DNA of 64,000 nucleotides from an uncultured Acidobacteriota bacterium. GTDB lineage: Bacteria; Acidobacteriota; Vicinamibacteria; Fen-336. Every line of letters starts with the position of its first letter. The stretch's first letter is position 1. Below, one piece after another: positions 21,824 to 31,712 of this stretch. The translations under genes were made by a program, and so were the position numbers. Below the pieces are notes generated by a model. It worked only from the letters and a program-made list of their open reading frames with translations. It searched no databases and was not told the DNA's origin. Where the stretch lies: NCBI GenBank assembly GCA_963740655.1, contig CAVUFF010000005.1:41282-105281 (forward strand), given 5' to 3'.

Positions 21824-23431
21824 ATGAGGACCATGAGGCTTCGCAGCTCGCTCGCGCCGGCGCTCGGAGTGGCGTTCGCGGCGTCGGCATCGCTCGCGGC
21901 GGCGCCCGTCAAGACCGAGAGCGGACTCGTCGCGGGCTCGATCCAGGACGGCGTCCAGTCCTGGAAGGGGATCCCTTACGCGGCCGCGCCCGTGGGGGAG
22001 CTGCGCTGGCGCGCGCCGCGGCCCGCTCCCGCCTGGACCGGCGTCAAGCAGACGACGTCCTACGCGCACGACTGCATGCAGCTGCCGTTCCCGAGCGATG
22101 CCGCGCCGCTCGGGACGCCGCCCGACGAGGACTGCCTCTACCTGAATGTCTGGGCGCCCGAGAAGCCGGCCGCCGCGAAGCTCGCAGTGATGGTCTGGAT
22201 CCACGGCGGCGGCTTCGTGAACGGCGGCAGCTCTCCCGCCGTCTACGACGGCTCGGCGTTCGCCCGCCGCGGCGTCGTGTTCGTGAGCTTCAACTACCGG
22301 CTCGGCCGCTTCGGCTTCTTCGCGCACCCCGCGCTCGCGAAGGAGAGCCCGGGCGCGCCGCTCGGCAACTACGGCTATCTCGACCAGATCGCGGCGCTCC
22401 ACTGGGTGCAGAGGAACGTCGCCGCGTTCGGCGGCGACTCGACGAACGTGACGCTCTTCGGCGAGTCTGCCGGCGGCGGGTCCGTCAACACGCTCATGGT
22501 CTCGCCGCTCGCGAAGGGGCTCTTCCAGAAGGCGATCTGCGAGTCCGGCGGCGGGCGCGCCAACGGCCCGCTCTCCGCGCCGAAGCTGCGCGAGCCGGGC
22601 CCGAACGGCCAGCCCTCGGCCGAAGCCGCGGGCCTGGCGTTCGCGAAGCTCGTGGGGGTGGAAGGCGACGACGCGGTGGCGCTCGCCGCCCTTCGCAAGG
22701 TGAAGGCGGCCGACGTCGTGCGCGGCATGAACATGATGAACATGGGCCAGCAGCGCGACAGCTACGCGGGCCCGATGATCGACGGCACGGTCGTGCCCGA
22801 GCCGGTCGAGGACGCCTTCCGCGCCGGGCGCCAGGCCCGCATCCCATACCTGATCGGCGCGAACAGCCGTGAGTTCGGCTTCTTCACGCCGCCGCCGCCG
22901 ATGGTCGAGGGCATGCTCGCGCGCTACGGCGCCGACAAGGACAAGGTGATCGCGGCCTACGACCCGGCGGCGACCGGCGACAAGGGCGAGGTCGGCGTCG
23001 GCCTCTCGAGCGACGGCGCGATGGTCGAGCCGGCGCGCATGCTCGCGCGCTTGACGGCCCAGGCCGGGCAGCCGACGTGGGCCTACCGGTTCTCGTACGT
23101 CGCCTCGTCCCTGCGCGCGACGACGAAGGGCGCGCTCCACGCGACGGAGATCCCGTTCGTGTTCGCGACGGTACGCGCCAAGTACGGCGACGCGACGACG
23201 GCCGAGGACGAGGCGATCGCAGCGCAGGCGAACGCCTACTGGGCGGCGTTCGCGAAGAGCGGCGACCCGAACGCCGTAGGCCTGCCGAAGTGGCCGGCCT
23301 TCACCGTCGCGGGCGACGTGGTGATGGACCTCGGGATCGGAGGCGCCAAGGCGGCGCCCGACCCATGGAAGGCGCGGCTGGACTTCGTCGAGAAGGCCGC
23401 CTCGACCCCGCCGCCTCCTCCGACCCGCTGA
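21824..23431 (+). CDS. Exported type-B carboxylesterase/lipase
   Basis: Signal peptide; KGIPYA, EDCLYLNVW, WIHGGGF, NYRLG, FGESAGG nucleophile, HATEIPFVF. Confidence 0.93.
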   Translation: MRTMRLRSSLAPALGVAFAASASLAAAPVKTESGLVAGSIQDGVQSWKGIPYAAAPVGELRWRAPRPAPAWTGVKQTTSYAHDCMQLPFPSDAAPLGTPPDEDCLYLNVWAPEKPAAAKLAVMVWIHGGGFVNGGSSPAVYDGSAFARRGVVFVSFNYRLGRFGFFAHPALAKESPGAPLGNYGYLDQIAALHWVQRNVAAFGGDSTNVTLFGESAGGGSVNTLMVSPLAKGLFQKAICESGGGRANGPLSAPKLREPGPNGQPSAEAAGLAFAKLVGVEGDDAVALAALRKVKAADVVRGMNMMNMGQQRDSYAGPMIDGTVVPEPVEDAFRAGRQARIPYLIGANSREFGFFTPPPPMVEGMLARYGADKDKVIAAYDPAATGDKGEVGVGLSSDGAMVEPARMLARLTAQAGQPTWAYRFSYVASSLRATTKGALHATEIPFVFATVRAKYGDATTAEDEAIAAQANAYWAAFAKSGDPNAVGLPKWPAFTVAGDVVMDLGIGGAKAAPDPWKARLDFVEKAASTPPPPPTR

Positions 23432-23492
23432 GGATGTCCGGGCTCCGCGGCGCTCGTGGCCTCCCGCAGGCGACGCGCGCGGCGCTCGACTG

Positions 23493-24101
23493 ATGCGCCG
23501 CGCGAGGCTGCTGCCCGACGGCATGCCGAGCCGCAGCCGCGACTTCCTGATCGGCAGCGCCGACCGCTTCACGGCCCTCGAGGAGGAGGACCTGAAGACG
23601 CTGGCAGCCGCGCTCGAGGAGAACGGCATCCTGTACGCGTTCCATCTCTACGACCCGTGGGAATACACGACCTATCGCGTGAACAAGGGACGCTACGCCT
23701 ATCCGGACCGCCTTCCCGGTCCGGACGGGACCCTCGTGCGCTGGGACAAGGACAGCTTGCGCGCGCGTGTCGCACCGGTCGCGCGCTGGGCGCGGCAGCA
23801 CGCGATCCCGAAGACGCGGATCGTGGCCGCGGAGTTCGGGGTCGACAGGCGCGTGGGCGGGGCGGCGGCGTACCTCGCGGACCTCGTCCAGGTCCTGAAC
23901 GAGGGCGGCTGGCACTGGGCCTTCTACGCCTTCCGCGGCGACGGGGACTGGACCGGCCTCGACTACGAGGTCGGCGAGGACAGGGACGACCCGCGGCTCT
24001 GGGACGCCACGGAGCGCGGCGAGGATCCCGAGCGCTACAAGAATCGTCACGACAACCCGCTCTGGCAGGTGCTGCGGCGCGAGTTGGCCAGCGCGCCCTA
24101 G
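23493..24101 (+). pseudogene. C-terminal half of a GH5 (cellulase-family) glycoside hydrolase
   Basis: [16 protein letters not shown] (nucleophile-like), WHWAFYAFR. No N-terminal half or NEP acid/base motif fits in the 61 bp upstream. Confidence 0.55.
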
Positions 24102-24121
24102 GCGATATACTCGCCGCCGGC

Positions 24122-24856
24122 ATGCTGCGCCTGGGCGTCAACATCGACCACGTGGCGACCCTGCGCCAGGCGCGCCGGGCGCACGCGCCGGATCCCGTCC
24201 ACGCCGCCGTGCTCGCGGAGCTGGGCGGCGCGGACGGCATCACGGTGCACCTGCGCGGCGACCGCCGCCACATCCACGACCGCGACGTGCAGGTGCTGCG
24301 TCAGACGGTCCGCACGCGCCTCAACCTCGAGATGGCGACCACGCAGGAGATGACGCACCTGGCGCTCACCGTGAAGCCCGACCAGGTGACGCTCGTGCCC
24401 GAGCGGCGCGAGGAGCTCACGACCGAGGGTGGGCTCGACGTCGTGCTGAACAGCGTACAGGTGCGGCCGCTGATCAAGACGCTGCAGGAGGCCGGGATCG
24501 AGGCGAGCGTGTTCGTCGACCCCGAGCTCGAGCAGGTGAAGGAGGCGCACAAGCTCGACGCCCACGCGGTCGAGCTCAACACCGCCGCCTGGTCGGAGGC
24601 GGCGAGCGCCAGGGCGCGCGAGGCGGCGCTCCGCAAGCTCACGGACGCGGCCCGGCTGGGGCGGAAACTCGGGCTCGCGGTACACGCCGGGCACGGCCTC
24701 GACTACCAGAACGTGGGCGAGATCGCCGCCATGAGCGAGCTCGGCGAGCTCAACATCGGCCACGCGATCGTGGCGCGCGCGGTGCTCGTGGGCATGGAGC
24801 GGGCGGTGCGCGAGATGGCCGACACGCTGCGAGCGGCCCGCTTCGGGCGCGTTTGA
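24122..24856 (+). CDS. pdxJ: Pyridoxine 5'-phosphate synthase
   Basis: [50 protein letters not shown]. Confidence 0.97.
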   Translation: MLRLGVNIDHVATLRQARRAHAPDPVHAAVLAELGGADGITVHLRGDRRHIHDRDVQVLRQTVRTRLNLEMATTQEMTHLALTVKPDQVTLVPERREELTTEGGLDVVLNSVQVRPLIKTLQEAGIEASVFVDPELEQVKEAHKLDAHAVELNTAAWSEAASARAREAALRKLTDAARLGRKLGLAVHAGHGLDYQNVGEIAAMSELGELNIGHAIVARAVLVGMERAVREMADTLRAARFGRV

Positions 24857-24893
24857 CCCTCTTCCGGAAACCCCCTATGCTGGGCGCACTTCC

Positions 24894-25655
24894 ATGATCG
24901 AGGCGTTCGGACGGACCGACGTGGGCCGGCGCCGGAAGATCAACGAGGACAGCTACCTCGTGTCGCCGGAGTCGAAGCTTTTCGCCGTCTGCGACGGCAT
25001 GGGCGGTCACAACGCGGGCGAGGTCGCCTCGAAGATGGCGATCGAGACGATCGAGGCGTTCATCCAGCGCAGCGGCGTCGAGAAGGAGATCACCTGGCCC
25101 TGGGGCCTGGACGCCAACCTCTCCTTCGAGGGCAACCGGCTCAAGACGGCGATCCGCCTCGCCAACGCGCGCGTGTTCCAGGCCGCGGACAACCGCGAGG
25201 AGCTCACGGGCATGGGCACGACCGTGGTGGCGCTGGTGCTGTCGGGCCAGGGCATGACGATCGCCTCCGCCGGCGATAGCCGCTGCTACCTGGTGCGCGG
25301 CGGCCAGCTCAAGCAGCTCACGCGCGACGACTCGTGGGTCTCGGCGGCGCTCGGCGAGGGGATCCTGAACTCGGACGACGTCGAGCACCACCCGCTGCGC
25401 AACGTCATCACGAAGGCGGTCGGCGCCCGCGACACGATCGACCTCGACGTGGTCGAGCACGACCTCGTGCCGGGCGACGTGGTGATGCTGTGCTCGGACG
25501 GCCTGCACGGCATGATCCACGACCAGGAGATCACGCGTATCCTGGCGAGCGGCGACACGTCGCTCGAAGACGCGAGCGCCAAGCTGATCGAGGCGGCGAA
25601 CGACGCCGGCGGGCGCGACAACGTGACGGTGGTGCTGCTGCGCCACCCGGCGTAG
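24894..25655 (+). CDS. PP2C-family (Stp1/PrpC-like) Ser/Thr phosphatase
   Basis: TDVGRRRKINED, VCDGMGGHNAGEVAS, MGTT, GDSRCY, LCSDGL, GGRDNVT. Confidence 0.93.
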   Translation: MIEAFGRTDVGRRRKINEDSYLVSPESKLFAVCDGMGGHNAGEVASKMAIETIEAFIQRSGVEKEITWPWGLDANLSFEGNRLKTAIRLANARVFQAADNREELTGMGTTVVALVLSGQGMTIASAGDSRCYLVRGGQLKQLTRDDSWVSAALGEGILNSDDVEHHPLRNVITKAVGARDTIDLDVVEHDLVPGDVVMLCSDGLHGMIHDQEITRILASGDTSLEDASAKLIEAANDAGGRDNVTVVLLRHPA

Positions 25656-25680
25656 AGTCGCGGCGGGATCGCGAGGTCCA

Positions 25681-26004
25681 ATGCCCCTCACCAGTCGCGA
25701 GAAGCGCGTGATGCTGCAGCTGCCGGTCGAGGTGCGCGGCGAGGACGCCCGCGGCGTCCCCTTCACCGAGCACACGCGCTCGCTCAACGTGAGCGGGGGC
25801 GGGATCTGCTTCGAGAGCCACCGGCGGCTCGCGATCGGGTCGCGGGTGCGGCTCGCGATCGAGCTGCCCGTCAGGTTGCGCCGCCATTTCGGCAACAAGG
25901 GTGTCTACCGCGCGCGGGCCGTCGTCTGCCGCGTCGAGCGCCAACCGAGTCCGGAGGCGACCCGGATCGGCGCTCGCTTCCTCCGGGAGGAGGCCCCGGA
26001 ATAG
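25681..26004 (+). CDS. Stand-alone PilZ-domain protein
   Basis: REKR...LPVEVRG...TRSLNVSGGG (NxSxxG) PilZ pattern. Confidence 0.75.
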   Translation: MPLTSREKRVMLQLPVEVRGEDARGVPFTEHTRSLNVSGGGICFESHRRLAIGSRVRLAIELPVRLRRHFGNKGVYRARAVVCRVERQPSPEATRIGARFLREEAPE

Positions 26005-26031
26005 GTGGTATGATGTAGTGTTCCGCACCCG

Positions 26032-26760
26032 ATGAATGAGCCGCGGTTTGCCGGAAGGGTCGCCGTGGTCACCGGAGGGGGGCGGGGCCTGGGGCGTGCA
26101 CTCGTCCGCGCCCTGGCCGGGGAAGGGGCCGACGTGGCCTTCTCCTACCGGGAGAGCCGCCGCGGCGCCCTCGAGGAGGCCGAGGCGGCGAGGCGCCTGG
26201 GGCGCCGGGTGTTCGCGGGTCCCGCGGATGCGCGCGTCCCGGGCGAGATCGCGGCCTTCGTGGACGAGGCGGCGGCCGCGCTGGGCGGCTTGGATTTCCT
26301 GGTCAACAACGTGGGTGTCTTCCGGCGCATCCCGCTCGACGAGCTGAGCGAGGAGGTCCTCGACGAGGCCTTCGACGTGAACGTCAAGGCCGCGGTGGTG
26401 GCCTCGCGCGCCGCCGCGCCGCACCTGAAGCGGCGCGGGGGCGGCGCGATCGTCAACGTGGCGAGCCTCGGGGCGCTGCGGCCGTGGCCGGCGCACCTCG
26501 CGTACTGTGCGTCGAAGGCGGCGCTCGTGATGGCCACTCAGTGTCTCGCGCTCGCGCTCGCGCCCGAGATCCGGGTGAACGCCGTCGCACCCGGCATCCT
26601 CGAGCCGCCCGGGGCCGAGGAGCCGCTGAAGCGGCGCGTGCCCATCGGCCGCTTCGGAACGCAAGCCGAGGTCATAGGAGCCGTGACGTACCTGCTCGCG
26701 GACGCGAGCTACACGACGGGCGAGGTGCTGAAGCTCGACGGCGGCCGCAGCCTGCGCTGA
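26032..26760 (+). CDS. Short-chain dehydrogenase/reductase
   Basis: TGGGRGLG, LVNNVG, YCASK, VNAVAPG. Confidence 0.9.
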   Translation: MNEPRFAGRVAVVTGGGRGLGRALVRALAGEGADVAFSYRESRRGALEEAEAARRLGRRVFAGPADARVPGEIAAFVDEAAAALGGLDFLVNNVGVFRRIPLDELSEEVLDEAFDVNVKAAVVASRAAAPHLKRRGGGAIVNVASLGALRPWPAHLAYCASKAALVMATQCLALALAPEIRVNAVAPGILEPPGAEEPLKRRVPIGRFGTQAEVIGAVTYLLADASYTTGEVLKLDGGRSLR

Positions 26761-26803
26761 CGGCCGCGGCATCTCAAGAAGACACGGAAGGAGTAGCATC
26801 GAG

Positions 26804-27325
26804 GTGAGCATGACGGTGACGCGGGAGGACGAGAAGCCCTGGAAGACGGACCTGGCGCGCAAGGCGGCGCAGCGGCGCGAGCAGGTCGCCCTGGAGCTCG
26901 ACGAATTGATCAAGAAGGCCCCCTCGTTCGAGGAGGCCCTGCGCCAGTCGGTGGAGCTGATGAAGTCGCGCTTCGCGCGCTACTCCTCGGTGACTGCCTA
27001 CGTCGCGGACGGCGAGGAGCTCGCCGTGCACACGGCGCTCGAGCGGCCGCAAGGCCCCGAGCGCGTGGCCTCGGGCGGCGGGCCGCTGGCCGAGGCCGCT
27101 CAGGGCCAGCAGCCCACGGTGTTCTCCGACCTCACGGCGACGCCGGCCTGGGCGGCGGTAGGGCTCGCCAGCGGCAGCGCCATGGTCGCGCCGGTCCGCA
27201 CCGAGGCGGGGCTCTGGGCGATCGTCGAGGTCTGGAGCGACTTCCGCGCCGCCTTCTCGCCGCAGGACGTGAAGCTGCTCGCCCGCGTGGCGCAGGGGCT
27301 CGCCAAGAAGACCCCGGCGGCCTGA
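26804..27325 (+). CDS. GAF-domain protein
   Basis: SD GGAG/GAGG upstream; C-terminal GAF-like SAMVAPV...VEVWSDFRAAFSPQDVKLLARVA. Confidence 0.65.
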   Translation: MSMTVTREDEKPWKTDLARKAAQRREQVALELDELIKKAPSFEEALRQSVELMKSRFARYSSVTAYVADGEELAVHTALERPQGPERVASGGGPLAEAAQGQQPTVFSDLTATPAWAAVGLASGSAMVAPVRTEAGLWAIVEVWSDFRAAFSPQDVKLLARVAQGLAKKTPAA

Positions 27326-27330
27326 CGCAC

Positions 27331-28212
27331 GTGTCGCTTCGCGGCGTCATCCCGCCGCTCGTCACGCCGTTCCACGCGGACGGCGGGCTCGACCTCGAGG
27401 GCTTCACGGCCGGCCTCGAGGCGCTCGCCGTCCACGCGTTCGCGGGCTTCCTGGCGCTCGGCTCGACCGGCGAGGCGGGCAGCCTCGACGAGGACGAGAA
27501 GCTCGCGCTCGTGAAGGCCGCGCGGCGCACGGTGCCGAGCCGCTTCCTGCTCGTCGGCAGCGGGCTCGAGTCGACGCGCGCCACCGTCGCCTTCACCCGC
27601 AAGGTCGGCGATCTCGGGGCGGACGCGGTGCTGGTGCTGACGCCCTGCTACTACAAGAACCGCATGACGGTCGACGCGCTCCGCCGCCACTTCGAGACGG
27701 TGGCCGACGCGTCCGCGGTGCCCGTCTACCTCTATTCGGTGCCGGCGTTCACCGGCCTGCCGTGGCCGCCCGAGCTCACCCCGCAGCTCGCCTCTCACCC
27801 GCGGATCCGCGGGCTCAAGGAATCGAGCGGCGACATCAACCTGTTCTCGCGCATCGCCGCCTCGGTCCCGAGCGGGTTCGAGACCGCCTGCGGCAACGCG
27901 ACGGTCTTCTATCCCGCTCTCTGCCTGGGCGCGGCGGGCGGGGTGCTCGGGGTCTCGAACTGCGCGCCGCGCGCGACGCTCGCGCTCCACCAGGCCTTCT
28001 GCGCCGGAGACCACGCGAAGGCCCGTCGCATCCAGCGCGCGCTGCTGCCGCTCGCGAGCGCGATGGCGGCAAACGGGATGGCCGGGCTCAAGCTCGCGAT
28101 GAGCCTCGCCGGGATGCGCGGCGGCGCGGTCCGCGCGCCGCTCTTGCCGGCCCCCCCGAGCCTGCTCGAGGAGATCCGGCCGCTGCTCGCGGCCGTCGAC
28201 GCGGCGCTCTAG
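27331..28212 (+). CDS. Dihydrodipicolinate synthase-family class I aldolase
   Basis: PPLVTPF, GSTGE, YLYSVP, GLKES. Exact substrate not determinable. Confidence 0.85.
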   Translation: MSLRGVIPPLVTPFHADGGLDLEGFTAGLEALAVHAFAGFLALGSTGEAGSLDEDEKLALVKAARRTVPSRFLLVGSGLESTRATVAFTRKVGDLGADAVLVLTPCYYKNRMTVDALRRHFETVADASAVPVYLYSVPAFTGLPWPPELTPQLASHPRIRGLKESSGDINLFSRIAASVPSGFETACGNATVFYPALCLGAAGGVLGVSNCAPRATLALHQAFCAGDHAKARRIQRALLPLASAMAANGMAGLKLAMSLAGMRGGAVRAPLLPAPPSLLEEIRPLLAAVDAAL

Positions 28213-29138
28213 ACGGCCGGCGCCGGAAGGGCGAACGGCCCGCTCGGGTCCGCCACCGCGGCACCCGAGGCCAGCACGGTGATCGCACGCGGCCGGAGCG
28301 TGACCTCGACACGCTCGCAGTCGGGCTCGGGGTCGCCGTCGCGGTGCGCCACGAGCGGCGCGTCCCCGGTGATCACGAGCCGCGTGGCGGCGAGCCGCCG
28401 GTAGCCGCGCATCCGCTCGATGCCACCGAGGAAGAGGCGCGGCGCGGCCGCCAGCAGCGCGACGGCGGGCCGCTCGTCCACCACCACCAGCTCGAGCCGC
28501 CCGTCGTCCAGCTTGGCGCCCGGGTTGATCACCGCCCCCGCGCCGTACTGCGGCCCGTTCGCGAGCACCAGCACGAACGGCCGGACCTCGAGCCTTTCGC
28601 CCTCCGTCTCGACCACGACGTGCGGCGCCCGATAGGCGCCCATCTCGCGCAGGCTCAGGCGCAGGTAGCTGAAGAGCCCGCGCCGGCCGCCGGCCTTGCC
28701 GCTGTCGTGGAAGGCGCGGCTCACCGCGGCGTCGAAGCCGATGCCGGCGACGTTCAGGAACGGCCGCCCGTTCAGCATGCCGACGTCGATCGCGCGCCGC
28801 ACGCCCGTCTCGAGCACGTCCAGCGCCTCGAGCGGGCGCAGCGGAATGCCGAGCGCGCGCGCGAGGCCGTTGCCGGAGCCCATCGGGACGATCCCGAGCG
28901 CCGCCGAGCGGCCCAGCAGGGCGCTCGCCACCTCGTTGGCGGTGCCGTCGCCACCCACCGAGAGCACGACGTCGGCTCCCGCGTCCGCGGCGGCGCGCGC
29001 CAGCTCGGTCGCGTGGCCTGGCCCCTCGGTCACGCTCAGGTCGAAGTCGTCCCAGCGCGGGTGGCCGCGCTCGGCGGCGCGCCGCGCCTCGTTCGGCGAG
29101 ACGCCGGCGCGCGGGTTGAGGATCGCCCGCACCTTCAC
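28209..29138 (-). CDS. Diacylglycerol/lipid kinase family protein (YegS/DgkB-like)
   Basis: GTG 29138; ILNPRAG, GGDGTANEV, PMGSGNGLAR, GIGFDA, NGPQYG. Confidence 0.9.
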   Translation of the reverse strand: MKVRAILNPRAGVSPNEARRAAERGHPRWDDFDLSVTEGPGHATELARAAADAGADVVLSVGGDGTANEVASALLGRSAALGIVPMGSGNGLARALGIPLRPLEALDVLETGVRRAIDVGMLNGRPFLNVAGIGFDAAVSRAFHDSGKAGGRRGLFSYLRLSLREMGAYRAPHVVVETEGERLEVRPFVLVLANGPQYGAGAVINPGAKLDDGRLELVVVDERPAVALLAAAPRLFLGGIERMRGYRRLAATRLVITGDAPLVAHRDGDPEPDCERVEVTLRPRAITVLASGAAVADPSGPFALPAPAV

Positions 29139-30226
29139 GACGCGCGCTCCGGGACGCTCCGCACGACGCGCAGCGTCTCGTCGACCATGCGCTCGCTCGT
29201 GAAGCACTCGAGGTAGCGCCGGCGCCCGGCCTCGCCCCAGGCGCGGCGCTTCGGCTCGTCGGCGAGCGCGTCCGCGAGCGCCTCCGCGAGCGCCCGCGGG
29301 TCGCGCGGCGGGACGACGCGGCCCGTCACGCCGTCGAGCACGGCCTCGGGAATGCCGCCCGCGGCCGTCGCCACCACGGGCACGCCGAGCGCCATCGCGT
29401 CGAGCACGCTCGTGCCGAGCCCCTCGAGCCGCGACGACAGGCAGAAGACCGCGAAGGCCGGCAGCAGCCGGTCGAGGTCGCGGCGGAAGCCGGCGAAGAC
29501 GACGCGGTCGGCGACGCCCAGCGCGCGCGCCTGCGCCTCGAGCGCGCCGCGCAGCTCTCCCTCGCCCGCGATCACGAGCCACGCCTGCGGGTGGCGGGCG
29601 CGCACCACCGCCATCGCGTCGACGAGTGTCGCGTGGTCCTTGTGGCCGGTGAGCGCCGCGGCGTTGCCGATCACCGCCGCCCCCTCGGGGACACCGAGCG
29701 CCGCGAGTGCCTCGCGCCCGCCGGGCGCCGGGCTGCGGTCGGGCACTCCTTCGTAGACCAGGTCCAGGCGCTCGCGCGCGATCCCGCCTTCTTGCATCGC
29801 CGTCCCGATCGCACGGCTCACGACGATCACGCGGTCGCAGGCGGCGTACTTCGCGCGCGACAGGACGCCGCGCAGCGGGAAGTCGACGCGGCGCACGGCC
29901 ACGAGCGGGACGCGGCGGGCGAGCCGGGTCGCGACGAGCCCGGCAGAGACGGCGTGGGGATCGTGCAGCACGAACACGCACGCGGGCGCCTGCGCCGCCC
30001 GGCGTCGCAGCGCCAGGATGCCCGCCGGCCACAGGTCGCCCCGGAACGACACCGGACGGACGACGGCGCCCGCGGCGCGCGCGCGGGCCTCGAGCTCGCC
30101 GCCGCGGCGGCAGGCGATCTCGGTCGCGACGCCGCGCTCGGCCATGCCGAGAGCGGTGAGCAGCACCTGGTTCTGGCCGCCGCGCCAGCCGCGCGCGGTG
30201 TCGACGTGGACGACCGCGAGGCTCAT
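29135..30226 (-). CDS. Glycosyltransferase family 4
   Basis: HVDTARGWRGGQNQV, KDHATL, EGLGTSVLDAMA. Confidence 0.9.
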   Translation of the reverse strand: MSLAVVHVDTARGWRGGQNQVLLTALGMAERGVATEIACRRGGELEARARAAGAVVRPVSFRGDLWPAGILALRRRAAQAPACVFVLHDPHAVSAGLVATRLARRVPLVAVRRVDFPLRGVLSRAKYAACDRVIVVSRAIGTAMQEGGIARERLDLVYEGVPDRSPAPGGREALAALGVPEGAAVIGNAAALTGHKDHATLVDAMAVVRARHPQAWLVIAGEGELRGALEAQARALGVADRVVFAGFRRDLDRLLPAFAVFCLSSRLEGLGTSVLDAMALGVPVVATAAGGIPEAVLDGVTGRVVPPRDPRALAEALADALADEPKRRAWGEAGRRRYLECFTSERMVDETLRVVRSVPERAS

Positions 30227-30987
30227 CGCGAGGCGTCGCCGGAGCTGGCGAGCTCGCGCAGCTTGGCGAGCTTCACGAACGTGTAGTGGGTGTTGAGGAC
30301 CGAGACCAGCAGCCCGGCGCTGCCGAGCAGGAAGCCCCGCTTCAGCACGTAGTTGCGGAAGAAGGCCCAGGTCGCTCCCGCGAAGACGTCGACCACGTTC
30401 GTGCGGCGGCCGGCGCCGTGGGCCTGGCGCGCCCAGAGCGTCGTGTAGGAGTCGATCTTGCGCAGGTGGTCGGAGATGTCGGAGTACGGGTGGTGCTCGA
30501 GCTCCCCGTGCAGCCGCCCCACCGGTCCCCGCACCCCCACCGACTCGTGCACCAGGTCTCCCTGCCACGCGGCGCGCGTTCGGTCGAACAGTCGCACCTG
30601 CCAGTCGGGGTACCAGTCGGTGCCGCGGATCGAGCGCCCGAGGTAGAAGGCGACGCGCGGCATCCGGTAGCCGGCCACGCCGAAGCCGCTCGCGCGGAGC
30701 GTCTCGATCTCGACGCGCAACGCGTCGCCCACCCGCTCGTCGGCGTCGAGCGCCAGCACCCAGTCGTGCCGCGCCGCGCGCACGGCGAAGTCGCGCTGCG
30801 CCACGAAGCCCGGCCAGGGAGCGTTCACGATCACGCGCGCCCCCGACTCCGCCGCGATCTCGCGCGTCCGGTCGCTCGAGCCCGAGTCGACGAGCACGAC
30901 GTCGTCGCAGAAGGAGACGCTGCGCAGCGCCGCCTCGAGCATCTTCTCCTCGTTGAGCGCGATCAGCACGGCCGACAGCGGGATCAT
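30223..30987 (-). CDS. Glycosyltransferase family 2 (WaaE/KdtX-like)
   Basis: IALNEE, DSGSSDRT, WVLALDADE, WYPDWQVRLF. Confidence 0.9.
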   Translation of the reverse strand: MIPLSAVLIALNEEKMLEAALRSVSFCDDVVLVDSGSSDRTREIAAESGARVIVNAPWPGFVAQRDFAVRAARHDWVLALDADERVGDALRVEIETLRASGFGVAGYRMPRVAFYLGRSIRGTDWYPDWQVRLFDRTRAAWQGDLVHESVGVRGPVGRLHGELEHHPYSDISDHLRKIDSYTTLWARQAHGAGRRTNVVDVFAGATWAFFRNYVLKRGFLLGSAGLLVSVLNTHYTFVKLAKLRELASSGDASR

Positions 30988-31089
30988 CGCTCCAGCAGTA
31001 TACGAATTGGAGGGGGAACCCCGCTCGCCGCGGACCACTGAATCGCGCGCGCTCGCGGCTCGTGGGCCGCGGCGAGGTAGGATGCCGCC

Positions 31090-31692
31090 GTGGACGACGA
31101 GCCTCTGACGAGCCAGTCGTTGCTACGAATCTTCGAGGAGCGCGGAGCACTGCTGCAGGGGCACTTCCTGCTGTCGTCGGGGCTGCACTCGCCGCGCTAC
31201 CTTCAGTGCGCGCGCGTGCTGATGGACCCTCCGCTCGCCACCCGGCTCGGCGCGGCGCTCGCCGCCCGGCTGCGGGCGCTCACCGGCGGCGAAGCCCCGA
31301 GCGGTGTCGTGGCGCCGGCGCTCGGCGGCGTGCTCGTGTCGCACGAGGTCGCGCGCGGGCTCGGGTGCCCGGGGCTCTTCACCGAGCGCCAGGACGGCCG
31401 CATGGCGCTGCGCCGCGGCTTCGCGCTCGAGCCCGGCGCGGGCGTCGTGGTGGTCGAGGACGTGATCACGACCGGCGGCTCGACGCGGGAGGTGATGGAC
31501 GTGGTTCGCGCCCAGGGTGCGCGCGTGCTGGTCGCCGGCAGCCTGGTCGACCGCAGCGGCGGCAAGGCCGAGCTCGGTGTCGCGTACGCCAGCCTGCTCG
31601 AGCTCGAGGTGCCGAGCTACGAGCCCGCGGCGTGCCCGCTGTGCGCGCAGGGCGGAACGCCCGTCAAGCCGGGCTCTCGCCCCGGGCGCTGA
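31090..31692 (+). CDS. pyrE: Orotate phosphoribosyltransferase
   Basis: GHFLLSSGLHSPRYLQC, VVEDVITTGGS. Confidence 0.95.
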   Translation: MDDEPLTSQSLLRIFEERGALLQGHFLLSSGLHSPRYLQCARVLMDPPLATRLGAALAARLRALTGGEAPSGVVAPALGGVLVSHEVARGLGCPGLFTERQDGRMALRRGFALEPGAGVVVVEDVITTGGSTREVMDVVRAQGARVLVAGSLVDRSGGKAELGVAYASLLELEVPSYEPAACPLCAQGGTPVKPGSRPGR

Positions 31693-31712
31693 GGCCCCCC
31701 CCGGCCGAGGCC

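Noticed and set aside
27331-28212. Naming this gene dapA
   Set aside because: Family membership is clear, but no lysine-pathway neighbours are present and the motifs do not separate DapA from related aldolases.
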